Source: Haliotis cracherodii
Taxonomy: Eukaryota
Reading direction: 5' to 3'
NCBI RefSeq assembly: GCF_022045235.1
Contig: NW_027266272.1
Location: 29,760,001 to 29,824,000, forward strand
DNA: 64,000 nt
Shown here: positions 37,616 to 51,157 of the stretch, piece by piece
Layout of the letters: each line of letters begins with the position of its first letter
How positions within the stretch are numbered: position 1 is the first letter of the stretch
Notes under the pieces: model-generated
What the model saw: the letters and a program-made list of their open reading frames with translations, nothing else
Told to the model about the DNA's origin: nothing
The model's database searches: none
Translations under genes and position numbers: made by a program

Positions 37616-38632
37616 TAGCAGCGTTAGTGTTAGCCAACTAGTCATCATAATGATACCTTTAAAAGGACAAATTTATCCTAAAATTCCTTATGGAACCTTA
37701 ACTATTAGGCAGTTTGGCACTATAAGACCAGTGCAAAATTCTAACACCGAGTAGCCATTGTCACCAATATGTTCTTAATACAAACATGTGTGACTGGTAA
37801 ATTATTCCGACTGACTCAAAAGCTGGGTCACTCAGAGGAACACTGATCATAAATGAACATATATTGAAGCATATAATACAACTTCATCAGCAGTATACGG
37901 ATGGGAAACGTCTTTCCTTGGTGTTGCTGTAACTACAGCATTTTCAAAGTTATTTTCAGTTTCTGTCGGATGTCAAGGGATCGTGTAGTGTCGTGTCGTG
38001 TCGTGTCCATCTTCCCTCTCTCGACACTACTTCCTCTCCATCCTCTCTCCCTCGTGTCTACTTCCCCTTCATCCTCCCTCCCATGTCTCTACATCCCTTC
38101 CACCCAAACTCCCTACTTCCCTTCAACCCTCCGCCACCCCAACCTCACTAATCCCCACTCACTTACAATCCATTGTCTATGTCCCCTTCACCATTCCTAC
38201 TTTCCCTTCATTCTCCCTACCTCGGCTCTACTTCCCCTCCATCCTCCCTCCCATATCTCTACTTACCCTCCATCTTCCCTCCTTCATGTCTAGTTCCCCT
38301 CCATCCTCCCTCCGACATCTCTACTTACACTCCATCTTCCCTCTCACGTCTCTACTTCTCCTTCATCCTCCCTCCCGCTCAATCACTGGTCTATACTTGC
38401 CCTCCATCCCCCTTCCCATGTCTCCTTCCCTACCATCCTACCGTCTCATCTCTACTTCCCCTAAATCCTTCCTCCCTAGTCTCTACTCCCCTTCCACCCC
38501 CCCTCCCACGTCTCTACTTAACCTCCTTCCTCCCTCCCATGTCTCTAGTTCCCCTCCATCCCCCTCCCGTGTCTCTTCTCACCCTTCATCTTCCATCCCT
38601 CATTTCTACTTCTCCCTCCATCTCCCCTCCCC

Positions 38633-38882
38633 GACCAGTGAAGACCTGGGGTAGAATAGGTATTCAGCAACCCATACTTGCCATAAAAGAGGCAACTAAC
38701 GGGATGGGGTGGTCAGACTCGCTGACTTGGTTGATGCATGCAATCGATCCCATTTGCATGGATTGATGCTCATGATATCAATCACTGGATTGTCTGGTCC
38801 AGACTTAATTATTTACAGACCGCCGTCAAATACCTGGAATATTGCATTGTGCGGCATAACAAGAAACAAACCAAACCAACCA
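38633..38882 (+). mobile_element. SINE family 1
   Basis: gaccagtgaagacctggggtagaatagg head through to the (aacc/aaac)n tail. Confidence 0.85.
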
Positions 38883-40986
38883 ACACCCTCCATCCCTCTA
38901 CCACGTCTCTACTTCCCTACCATCCTACCGTCTCTTCTCTACTTCCTCTCTCCCTCAATTCTAATTCCCCTCAATCGTCAACCATCTTCCCTAACTCGTC
39001 TCCACTTCCACTCCATCATCCCTCCCACGCCTCTACTTCCCATCTATCATCCTTCCCACGTCTCTACTTACCCGCCATCCCCCTTCCTACGTCTCTATTT
39101 ATCCTCCATTCCCTACTCCTACGTCTCACTTCCCTACCATCCTGCCGTCTCTGCTCTACTTCCTCTCCATCCTCGCTCCCTAGTTTCTACTTTCCATTCT
39201 CACGTGTCTATTTCCAATCCATCATCCGTCCCACGTCTCTACTTACCCTCCATCCCCTATCCTCCCTTCCCTGTCACCTTACCCTCCATCCCCCTCCCAC
39301 GTCTCTACTTCCCCTCCATCCTCTCACTCTCTCTTGTCTACTTCCCTTCCATCATCCGTCCCACGTCTCTACTGCCCCTCCATCATCCCTCCCAAGTCCC
39401 TATTTCACGTCTATCTTCTCTCCCTCGTCTCTACTTCATCTTCATCCCCCTCCTACGTCATCTCCATTCCCCTCATAAGTCCCTACTTCCCTTCCATCCC
39501 CTCTCTCTCCAGTCTACTTCCAATCCATCATCCGTCCCACCTCTCTACTTCCCCTCCATCTTCCCTCCCACGTCTCTACTTCCCCTCCCTCCTCCCTCCC
39601 ATGTCTTTAGTTCACCTCCATCTTCTTCCTCTTGTCTCTACTTCCTCTCTCTTCTCTCTCCCTCTCATCTACTTCCTCTCCATCCTCTCTCCCTCTCGTC
39701 TACTTCCCCTCCATCTTCCCTTCCTCGTATCTACTTCCTCCATCCCCCATCCCACGTCTCTACTTCCCCTCCATCACCCGTTCTACGTCTCTACGTCATC
39801 TCTTCCCCTCCCTACGTCCCTACTTCCCCTCCATCCTCTCTCTTGTCTACTTCCAATCCATCATCCGTCACACCTCTCGACTTCACCTCCATCTTCCCTC
39901 GCACGTCTCTACTTCCTCTCCCTCCTCCTTCCCATGTCCTTAGTTCACTTCCATCTTCCCTCCCTCGTCCCTACTTCATCTCTACTTCATCTCTATTCTC
40001 TCTCCCTCTCATCTACTTCCTCTTCATCCTCTCTCCCTCTCGTCTACTTCCCCTCCATCATCCCTCACACGCCTCTACTTCCCCTCCATCTTCCCCTCCA
40101 GCATCCCTCCCTCGTCTCTACTTACCCTTTATCCCCATGCCTCTTCTTTACTTCCCCTCCATCCCCGCTCCCACGTCTCTACTTCCCCTCCATCATCTCT
40201 CCCGCGTCTTTACTTCCCTATATCATCTTTCCCACGTCTCTACTTCCCCTCCTTCCTAGCTCCCACGTCTCTGCTTCCCCTACATCTTCCCTCCCACGTA
40301 TCTACTTCCACTCCATCCCCCATCTCTACTTCCCCTCCATCCCCCTCCTACGTCTCTACGTCATCTCTTCCCCTCCCTACGTCCCTACTTCCCCTCCTTC
40401 CTCTCTCTCTCTCTTGTCTATTTCCAATCCATCATCCGTCCCACCTCTCGACTTCCCCTCCCTCCTCCCTCCCATGTCTTTAGTTCACCTCCATCTTTCC
40501 CCCTCCCCCCCCCCCCCCCCCCCCCCCCCCTACTTCATCTCTATTCTCTCTCCCTCTCATCTACTTCCCCTCCATCCTGGCGTCCACTTACCCTCCATCT
40601 TCCCTCCCTCTCCTCTACTTCACCTCCATCCCCCTCCTACGTCCCTACTTACCCTCCATCTTCCCTCCCTAGTCTCTACGTCCTTCCCCATCCGACGTCT
40701 CTGCTTTCCCTCCATCATCCGTTCCACGTCTCTACTTCACCTCCATCCCCCCTCCTACGTCTCTACTTCCCTCCATCCTCCCTTCTTTGTCACCTTCCCC
40801 TCCACCATCCGTCCCACGTCTCTACTTCCCCTCCATCCTCCCTCTCAGGCCACTACTTACCCTCCATCCCCCTTCCCACGTCTCTGCTGGTAATACTGGG
40901 CATTCCGCTGGCAAGATCTGGCTTCAGATGCGCAAAGCGATTTTAGTGCTAATGTTTGAGTTTCCCAAGTTAAGTAGTTTAAAATA

Positions 40987-41594
40987 TACTCTTCAAAAAA
41001 AGAAACTTTACGCTGACTTTTAAAATGTAATAGAATGCGATTGTTTCAAAATAGGACACAGAAACCATAATTGAAACATTGTTTGAAGATCAATGTACAC
41101 AATGTTCAAAACATTAATCGTGTCACCTAAACAGACACACGTACACGATACAGTTAATGTCACAGGGGTACAGAAAATGTCAGTACCAATTGTGCCCACC
41201 ACGTGCATCAATCACCGCTTGACGCCGACGACCCATAGATGCAATCAAGTTGTCAATAACACGCTGTTGGCTGGCTGCCATTCATGCTGAAGTGCATCAA
41301 GAAGAGCCGGAAGTGTTTGGGGCGGTGGATTCCTTCTGAGAACTCGTCGGTCCAACTCGTCCTAAATCTGGTGACCGGGCTGGCCAAGGTAATGTCTGGA
41401 TGTTGTTGTGCTCTAAGAAGTCCGGACAAACACGTGCAATATCCTGCAGGAACTGTCCGCCATGAACGTTGACGTGAGGAAGAACGTAAGGCTGTAGGAT
41501 CAAGTCTCTGCAACGCACACCTGTAAATGCACCTGCCACATGCACGAGAGGCGTCCTACCACCGTGATGAATTCCGGCCCATACTATGACACTC
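40987..41594 (-). pseudogene. Tc1/mariner transposase 3' fragment with right TIR
   Basis: SVIVWAGI, FLQDIAR and LPWPARSPDL in ORF 41297-41659; terminus tatactcttcaaaaaaagaaac. Confidence 0.85.
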
Positions 41595-42230
41595 TCTCTC
41601 TTGTCTACTTCTCCATTCTCTCTCCCTCTTGTCCACTTCCCCTCCATCATCCCTCCCACGTCTCTACTTCCCCTATACCATCCTTCCCACGTCTCTACTT
41701 CCCCTCCATCATTGCTCCCACGTCTCTACTTCCCTCCACCCTCGCTCCCACGTCTGTACTTCCCTCCGTCCTCTCTCTCTCATCTACTTCCTCTCGATCC
41801 TCTCTCTCGTCTACTTCCCCTCCATCTTCCCTCCTCGTCTTTACTTCACCTCCATCCCCCCCTCCTACGTCCCTACTTAACCTCCATCTTCTCTCCCTCG
41901 TATCTACTTCCACTCCATCCCCCATCCCACGTCTCTACTTCCCCTCCATCACCCGTTCCACTTCTCTACTTCCCCTCCATCCCCCTCCTACGTCTCTACG
42001 TCATCTCTTCCCCTCCCTACGTCCCTACTTCCCCTCCATCCTCTCTCTCTCTCTCTCTCTTGTCTACTTCCAATCCATCATCCGTCCCACCTCTCGACTT
42101 CCCCTCCATCTTCCCTCCCACGTCTCTACTCCCACTACATCCCTCATGCCTCCCTCCAACATCCCTCCTACTCCTCCATCATCCCTACTCCTCCATCATC
42201 CCTACTTACCCTCCATCCTTCATACCTTAC

Positions 42231-42392
42231 CGGCTCGCTGACTTGGTTGATGCATGTCGTATCCCAATTGCGTGGATCGATGCTCATGATATTAATCACT
42301 GAATTGTCTGGTCCAGACTCGATTATTTACAGACCGCCGTCATATAGCTGGAATATTGCTGAGTACGGCGTTAAACAACAAACCAACCAAAC
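42231..42392 (+). mobile_element. SINE family 1, 5'-truncated
   Basis: ggctcgctgacttggttga...ggcgttaaacaacaaaccaacc. Confidence 0.85.
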
Positions 42393-42689
42393 AATCATAC
42401 CTTACCGCCAACATCCCTACTTCTCCTCCATCATACATACTTCAATTCCTAATGACTTCGAGTTACCTCCATTATCCCTACTTCACCTTCATCTTTCCTA
42501 CTTACCCTCCACCCCCTGTGCCTTCCCTCCATCATCCCTACTTCCCCTCCATCCCACATGAATTCCCTCCATCCCACATGAATTCCCTCCATCCCACATG
42601 ACTTCCCTCCATCATCCCTACTTCCCCTCCATCCTTCATACCTTACCGCCAACATCCTAAATTCTCCTCCATCACACCTACTTCAACTC

Positions 42690-44450
42690 AATCCCCCATG
42701 CCTTCCCTCCATCATACCTACTTCCACTCTATCCATCATCCCTACTTCCACTCCATCTATCATGCCTTCCCTCCATCATACCTACTTCCACTCCATCTAT
42801 CATGCCTTCCCTCCATCATGCCTACTTCCACTCCATCCATCATGCCTACACTCCATCATACCTACTTCCACTCCATCCATCATGTCTTCCCTCCATCATA
42901 CCTACCTCCACTCCATCCATCATGTCTTCCCTCCATCATACCTACTTCCACTCCATCCAGCATGCCTTCCCTCCATCATACCTCATTCCACTCAATCCAT
43001 CCCCCATCCCTCATACCTCACCTCCAACATCCCTACTTCCACTCCATCCATCATGCCTTCCCTCCATCATACCTCATTCCACTCAATCCACCCCCAATCC
43101 TTCATACCTTACATCCAACATCCCTACTTCAATTCTATCAATCATCCCTACTTCCACTCCATCCATCATGCCTTCCCTCCATCATGCCTACTTCCACTCA
43201 ATCCATCATCCCTACTTCCACTCCATCCAGCATGTCTTCCCTCCATCATACCTACTTCCGCTCCATCCAGCATGCCTTCCCTCGATCATGCCTACTTCCA
43301 CCCCATCCAGCATGCCTTCCCTCCATCATACCTCATTTCACTCAATCCACCCCCTATCCCTCATACCTCACCTCCAACATCCCTACTTCCACTCTATCCA
43401 TCATCCCTACTTCCACTCCATCCATCATGCCTTACCTCCATCATACCTACTTCCACTCCATCCATCATACCTCCATCCATCATGCCTACTTCCTCTCCAT
43501 CCAGCATGCCTTCCCTCCATCATGCCTACTTCCACTTCATCCATCATGCCTTCCCTCCATCATACCTCATTCCACTCAATCCACCCCCCATTCCTCATAC
43601 CTTACATCCAACATGGCTACTTCCATTCTATCAATCATCCCTACTTCCACTTCATCCATCATGCCTTCCCTCCATCATGCCTACTTCCACTCCATCCATC
43701 ATGCCTTTCCTCCATCATGCCTACTTCCACTCCATCCATCATGCCTACTTCCACTCCATCCAGCATGCCTTCCCTCCATCATGCCTACTTCCTCTCCATC
43801 CAGAATTCCTTCCCTCCATCATGCCTACTTCCACTCTATCCATCATGCCCTCCCTCCATCATACCTACTTCCACTTCATCGAGCATGCCTTCCCTCCATC
43901 ATACCTCATTCCACTCTATCCATCATGCCCTCCCTCCATCATACCTACTTCCACTTCATCGAGCATGCCTTCCCTCCATCGTACCTACTGCCATGCCACT
44001 CCATCCAGCATGCCTTCCCTCCATCATGCCTACTTCCACTTCATCCAGCATGCCTTCCGTCCATTATGCCTACTTCCACTTCATCCAGCATGCCTTCCCT
44101 CCATCATACCTACTTCCACTTCATCCAGCATGCCTTCCGTCCATTATGCCTACTTCCACTTCATCCAACATGCCTTCCCTCCATCATGCCTACTTCCACT
44201 CAATCCATCATGCCTTCCCTCCATCATGCCTACTTCCATTCCATCCAGCATGCCTTGCCTCCATCATACCTACTTCCACTCCATCCATCATGCCTTCCCT
44301 CCATCATGCCTACTTACACTCCATGCAGCATGCCTTCCCTCCATCATACCTGCTTCCACTCCATCCATCATGCCTTCCCTCCATCATGCCTACTTCCACT
44401 CCATCATGCCTTTCCTCCATCATGCCTACTTCCCCTCCATCTCACTCTTA
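42690..44450. repeat. 40-bp minisatellite (catgccttccctccatcatacctacttccactccatccat)
   Basis: Direct inspection; made of two related ~20-bp halves. Confidence 0.92.
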
Positions 44451-45164
44451 GTTTGAAGCGCAACAAATGAAAATGTTAAATTCCTTAACAGAAAAGGCAC
44501 CAGTTCAGCAGCTGCAGGTGAAAATATACAGCTCATTCGATTAGTGACCACAGCATGCACGGGACCACGTGCCACCGCATATCGTTGGTTGTTTCATATG
44601 TGAGAATACAGGACTCACATGTTTCCGTCCCTAATTTCATCTGCTTAGAGTGAAATCAGTCGGAAATATGCCATGCCTCGCTACTCCACGCCTCGCCACG
44701 CCACGCCAAGCAATGTCCCATTGACTATACAGGAAGCTAAATGCCTTGTCACACATTGTGGCAAATCCACAACCAAAGTACATGAATCACATGTGATGAT
44801 GGAGATTTCTATAGGAAATGACGTGTTGTGCTCGCTGTCATCAGTGAAGGAACAACATTTCAAACTTGTTTTTCAGGAATGTTTGCTTTTCCTCGAGAAT
44901 CACGCCTGATGTTTACTGGGAAATAATTGACAACAACGTTGCTAGCAACATACCCAAGCTTGTGGCCTAATTACTGTTTTATGTTTAACATAGCTGTATG
45001 TCTATTAAAAAGTGCCATCTGCCATGACGACGACAGCTTGTTGAGATTGCTGCATGGTCATGTAATAATCTTAGCCAGTCATCGTGAACTGCTCGCTGTG
45101 ATGGGTCGACAGACTACTCATCGCTCGCTAGTGCTAATGACAGGATGTGCTTGTACGCGCAAGT

Positions 45165-45285
45165 GTGTTTTTGTTTAACGCCTCACTCAGCAATAATCGA
45201 CGCCTTACAATGCCACGTGCAATGAACCAAGTGTCCGAGCCTGACCACCGATCCAGTTCGATGTAGTGGCTTCTAAGGGACCGAC
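45165..45285 (-). mobile_element. Degenerate SINE family 1 remnant
   Basis: gtttaacgcctcactcagcaata ... gagcctgaccaccgatcc. Confidence 0.55.
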
Positions 45286-45356
45286 CGGTGAGGGAAGCTG
45301 GTATTTTGCATTGAGACTAGATATATTTAAGCTACAGCTGCGCCAATATAGTGTTA

Positions 45357-46671
45357 TAGTCCAGTAGAAATTGACGTCATAATTAATTAACCCGAACATT
45401 TGTGATAACAACCCAATTATTGCACAAAGTCAATCTTCAGTGTGTCCTGGTTGTCTATACCAAACCCAAGAAAAATCAAGCTTGGGGAAATCAGTTTTTG
45501 AGGGTCTCCAAAAAAGGGCCCTAGGCTTTCATTGCAAGTGCAAGGGTTACTGCTTAAACCCAACACCTGTGTTTTGTGACGAGGTTATTGATGAAGATTA
45601 ATGTGGACTAAGGAACGCTTTGCCTCTTCCTAAATTTAACATTGCAATATATTTCTTCGTCTCTGATTGTCTTCAATTGTTGGTGACTTATAGCAATATG
45701 TGTGTATTGATGGCTGAAGAAGTACTGGGTGCTATGAAAAAGTGGTTAGTTTTGTATGTGGAATGATTTGGGGACATTGACAGGATATGCAGTGGGCATA
45801 TTATGAATTAGATCCCCAAGAGTTGTACTTTGAACTGTACTAATGTAAGGCCAGGCGTTTTATATTTTTCTGATTACAGACCCGCCGACTCTATTTTTAT
45901 TTGGAAATGTAAAAAGAAATAGCCACATTGTCAGTTATTTTATTTGTTATCATCACCTTTTAACATAAAACATATGTGGTGTTATAACAATCTATATTTG
46001 TGGTTAAATGAGCAATGCCTTTTGCGGTTATTTTCAACTCATGCAAGTCCAAAAATTATTTTTGAGTTACATGAGACTGCCAGTAGCATAATTCAGGCAA
46101 ATGAATCTAAATAAAGCATAAAACAAAAACTCTCTCAAAGATTACAAGAAACTGATGATAATGTTAAGTATTAAGAACTATTATTTATTGAACTTGTGCA
46201 ATGTTACGCGTAAGTTAATGAAATGCTTAAGATAATAACTGCAATCATAAACTTTTGAGTTTCATAACAGCATTATATGTAGTAGAGTCAATTGAAGGCG
46301 ACCATCTTGAATTCAAGATGGCGGCCATCTTGAATTCAAGATGGCCGACATTGACTATGCGATAAATAAATACAAATATTTTGTATCCGATCCAAGTAGG
46401 ATTCCTAAGAAATGACAATACAGACTAGAATGAAGACCACAAACAATATTTTTACATGGTCCATGTAACCATGACAAATGCATTCCTGCTGATATTTGTG
46501 TGAAAAAACAACAGACCCCATCCCCAGAACCATCCAAATAAAACATATTTCCCCAACCTTGATTTTCTTTGGGTTTTTTATGGTGACATATAACACCCTG
46601 CTGGTGAGTTTATACACAGATTTGGCCTGTTATCAGAAATGTCCGGGTCCAATGCAATTTCTACTGGACTA
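45357..46671. mobile_element. Academ-like non-autonomous DNA transposon
   Basis: TIR TAGTCCAGTAGAAATTG at both ends; 3-bp TSD tta/tta. Subterminal IR aaacccaagaaaaatcaag.ttggggaaat (~45462 / ~46547). Internal palindromes ccatcttgaattcaagatgg x2 (~46300-46345). Confidence 0.8.
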
Positions 46672-47616
46672 TTAATGTATTTCTAAAAATAACACCTTGC
46701 AACAGGGACATTTTTGTGGCCGAAGTCTGAACCACAAAAAATGTACATATAGCCTTATCCGGACTCCTGTCGGAGACAAAACATCTTGTTTTAAAGAGGT
46801 TGTAATATAAATTCGCTATCGTTTATCTTCAAAGTTGTGTGCCCAAAGTGTGTGATGCAATGCAAGATATCACAAGAAATCCTGATCATATTACAAAGAA
46901 ACAAAGGTTCAAACAGGATATTTTCAAAGTCCTATGTTTGTTTCTTTGGTGTGAGTTTCAAGGATGGCAGTTATATCTAACTCTCGGACGTTCTTCAAGA
47001 TTCGCCATTTTTATTTTCAGATGCTCAGAAGACATGCGCAAATAACATTATTTAATGTTCAATAGAATCAATATCACTACGAATATATATGTATTTATTT
47101 GGCATAGTGTCCTTCTGACTCTTCTCTTGCCTCGGGATAGCTTAGTTCAACATCACAGACTGCAGTCGGAATTAATAGTGCAAACAATATCAGTTGAATG
47201 ATCTCACTGTGCAACATTTAGACAAGTTATTGTTTGACTTGACCATTATTCTTTCTAAAGTTAAAAAGGTCATTCAAGCCCTCAAAACTTTGTTTACAAA
47301 TTATTTTGGACATATTAAAAAAAATAGGTGTGTTTTTGAACCGAATGAAGAGAACGTCCCAAAATGTGCGACCCCGTCTCGCGGTGCTGAACTGACGAAA
47401 ACGCAGCCTTCGCTAGCGTAACGCATCGACCACAGAGGAGCCGACTCGCAATAGTCGAAATAGTTTTTTTAACGTATAGACGTTAATAAACACACGTGAT
47501 TCCGAAACTAAATAAATGGACAGAATAATTGCATTACGGCGCATCGACAAAGAAAAAACAACTGATGATTTGAGGATTTATTAACACTAGACCATAACCA
47601 CCAAGCTAAAGGATTA

Positions 47617-47619
<3 letters not shown>

Positions 47620-47674
<55 letters not shown>

Positions 47675-47681
47675 TGTGTGT
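47620..47681. repeat. Compound microsatellite (CT)n(GT)n
   Basis: Direct inspection. Confidence 0.95.
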
Positions 47682-48814
47682 GGAGGGGGCGAGGGTTATC
47701 TTGTTCCAGCTAAACAGTGGAAACACATAAACTGTGCATACGCTGGACATGTTGGACGTGCTGGAAAATGTGTTGTCAAGAAATAAGTTGTTCAGCTCCT
47801 TTCACAGAAAATAAAAGTAGTGCCGCAACAAACATCACCTCCCCGCCAGAGAAAATTAAATGGTTGTTCCTTAGGGCGTCTGTCGTTGAAGACATCCACT
47901 GTATCTAGAAATGTAGGAATGGGTGTCCACATTGTCTACGGACGCCATAGATAAGGGACAAACTCTATCATCCGGGGCTTTTACCGAGACCCTAGTTTGT
48001 GGGAACGTCCTGTTTCCGCATCTGTTGTACGAGACGGGACATTCCTGTGTCGGATCATTGAAGCGCACACACACTGAGACAGTGGTTTCAAGACAGCATT
48101 AACAGTCAGGCAAGGGCTCGTAAGGTAATCATAGTTAAACTTGTATATATGTTTTACTTCTAACTTTCTGATATTATTAAGTACATGTATATAAGGTATC
48201 ATGAATACAGCAGTCCTTCGGCTTCAAGAAGAACAGTTACCATTGTAACGTGTTTTACACTTAAAGGCAAAAGTATTGTGATTATGTTGGTTTTAAGATT
48301 AAATTGCTCTGGCGTATAATTGTCTTTCTAATGGCGTATGTCTTAAAGTTATGATAAAAATTGTTATTTTCATCTACGTTAGACAAATATACCAAGTTTG
48401 AAAGGAAAGGAATATTTGAATATCCCCAATAGGCATTAAAACAGCAAACTACTCTTGTTCGTCTTATCAGGTACTTTTTGTGTACACAACAGATCCAAAA
48501 CAAGATAGTCCCTGTCAACATAAGTGTTATTTTCAGTTCTTTAGTATTAATATGATCACAGTTAGTTTTAACTTTGAGAAATGTATGAACTATGACTGAA
48601 ACCTTGTGATATTGAACACCCCATAATCGTTTATCCAGTGCATTTTGTACGTCCATTTCATTAAAAAAAATATTCCTTTGACCGATTCGCTACCAAAGTT
48701 TCTTTTTTAATCCGATTCAAATACACGACGCTACAACGAGAAAACTTCTGTGCCGAGTTGGGGTAACGTCACTTCGTCACTATAAAGGAAACACGAACTT
48801 ATAGCAACCTGTAT

Positions 48815-49000
48815 TTCCATGCTTGTTGTAAGAGACGACTAAATGGATTTGGTTGCCAGCTCAGTGACATGTTAATTGTGTGTCATCGTACCCTGACTAC
48901 GCGGCACATTGCTCATAATACCAATCACTGGTGTGCCTGGTCCAGACCCAATTATTTACAGGTCGCCCTGATGTAGCTGGAATATTGCTGACTGGGGCAT
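48815..49000 (+). mobile_element. Degenerate SINE family 1 copy
   Basis: ccatgcttgttgtaagagacgactaa ... tagctggaatattgctga. Confidence 0.65.
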
Positions 49001-49232
49001 TTTAAGCTTTCCTCATCAACATGTCAAACCATATCGGTTAGTGTGTGAACTCTTTCATTTTTGAAATATGATGCTACTAACTGATCTTGAAACAAATTAT
49101 AATCTTTAAGAATAATACACTTCAAAATAGTTTTACAGACACATAAAAGAGGTTCACATATTGAAGTTACCTAAGTTACTCCGCCCGTGTTTGGTTCAGT
49201 AATAAGCGTACGAAGTTTCATTTAACCTTTTG

Positions 49233-49473
49233 GTGGGCAGGGGCTGGCCCAGTCGTCTATGGCGCCACAATTTGCTGTGCAGAGTTGCGTCCCTTGAGCA
49301 CACCAGACGCCTATGATTGTGGTTTCGAATCCCGGTACCCATGTTCGTGGGTTTCACGAAAGTTGTAAACCTCTGAGACCTGCATCACTTCAGGCTTTCC
49401 TCCAGCATTACGCTGACACACCGTGACATAATGGGAATACTGTTAAATGCAGCGTGATACCAAAATCACTCAC
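49233..49473 (+). mobile_element. SINE family 2
   Basis: A-box-like tggcccagtcgtctatgg and B-box-like gtttcgaatcc; (cact)n tail; TSD tcatttaac.ttttg (49218-49232 / 49474-49488). Confidence 0.85.
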
Positions 49474-50029
49474 TCATTTAACGTTTTGATTCGGTTTGTT
49501 TTCGTGCTTTTCTTGGAACTTTTCAAGAACTGCATTTCATGATGACCAACTTCTTACCACGAGACGGCTTGGAGCATTAGAAACCGTTACGTTCAGTTGA
49601 ATGATCTATGATATGAACTGAGCTATGATGTTAACAAAGTTTAGTATTAAGCTATAAATAACTCCTTATTTAACACAGGTGCCGTATACTGGGTCGTACA
49701 AAGGACAACTTGGATTTTCTTACTAAATCCATTCTCCTTTCAATTCAAGAAAATTAATGTCAGAAATCGAGTTGTTGTATGAAACAGCGACTATTGAATG
49801 ATCGGTTCCTCGGGGTTACACTACATGTCGCAAACAGTCATGTTTTTTTGTGGTAACGGTTAAAACGTCAGACATTTCGTGGTAAATAACACATATTGTT
49901 ATGGACAGACTGGGGTTTAACCAGCGAGCTATTTTTGGGGCACCCGATCGGCTACATGTGATAATTCCCACTTGAAGTTTAAGCATCGTCACTTACTTCA
50001 CAATGGCTATTTCCTGATAAATAGTCATG

Positions 50030-50330
50030 CCACTTCCTATGCATGAGCAAGACGTTTCGGTTTCAGTGTTATTAATATCACAGGCCATATATGGGAATTC
50101 CCATGTCTGGTCATATCCTAACTATGCTTGTAAGAATATATAAACATGCTTGCTAGGTTCAGGTCTCAGTTGAGTTCAAAAGGCGCGTGTAACAGGAAGA
50201 CGTCTTACGGACAGGAGTGGACCCGGAGTTATACCAGGTACCAGTTAAGACACTGCTCTCCACTTCCGGTCAGTGCCAGTTCGCACATTCCTCCCCACTT
50301 CCGGTCAATACTGTCTCCCATTTCCGGTCA
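50030..50330 (+). promoter_or_regulatory. Candidate immune-inducible promoter of the LRR gene: ISRE, kappaB, TATA, Inr and ETS cluster
   Basis: GTTTCGGTTTC 50054-50064; GGGAATTCCC 50093-50102; TATAAA 50139-50144; Inr TCAGTT 50166-50171 (A+1 is 29 nt after the TATA start); cca(c/t)ttccggtca x3 at 50260, 50295 and 50318. Confidence 0.6.
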
Positions 50331-51157
50331 GTGCGAGGTGTAATATGTCTTTGGCGTCTATTGGGTCCGGCATTTAGCATTGAAAATACATGCTCCAAGT
50401 GTCTATTCCCTCGATTGGGTCTCATTGAATGTGTCTGTTCAGTCAATAGCCCTGAAGGCGTCCTTTTTGACGTGTTTGTATGGCAGACTATTGAAGTCGT
50501 CTGTATGAAGTGGCAATATTGTAGACCTATAGGGATCCATATGTTTTAGCCATTGATTATTTATTCATCAGTAATCATTCACATTGAGTATTCACCAATG
50601 AGTAGAACTTGGTTTAAATAACTCTTCTCACAATGCTGTTTCTGGTGACTTTTCATTTTCTTCTGTCAGTGTGCTGCCCCAAGTGCGTCATGTCGCATGT
50701 GCTTACAATAGCGATAGCCACATCTAAATTACACTAAACGAGACGCACCACTTCTGTACGTTAGTCACTGCAGTGCAGTCCATGTATACGTGATGCCTGC
50801 ATTCGATCAGTAATTAAAGACCTGAAAAGACATGGGGCAAGCTGAAAAGACTACGTTGGGTATTTATGCACAAATTTGGTATCATCCCTGTTCCATAGTG
50901 ATTAATAAACGCATGCTTATAATATAGTCGAAATCGTACAATGGACTCTGATTTTAGTAGAGACTTCTTATGATTATGGAAAATATTTTTGTCGCTTTTA
51001 TTTATATTGCGTTGAAATATGTCGTGGCATTCCTATGCAAGCAAATCAAAAATTAATTGGGTCATGGTGATTTATATTGCGCTTTTATAAATATTTGTCA
51101 GGTGTTTTGTAATTTGATCAATAAACCTGCTGATTACCTGTTTCAGACACAACAAGG

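Larger units (their letters stand above)
38005..42690. repeat. Degenerate ~30-bp C/T-rich minisatellite (cccacgtctctacttcccctccatc..)
   Basis: Direct inspection; interrupted by two SINEs and a Tc1 fragment. Confidence 0.9.

Noticed and set aside
37998-44470. 500-590 aa Pro/Ser/His-rich ORFs
   Set aside because: Open simultaneously in three frames; a consequence of C/T-rich minisatellites.
49240-49340. tRNA genes at SINE2 heads
   Set aside because: They are embedded in TSD-flanked SINEs with non-tRNA bodies and do not form a clean cloverleaf.
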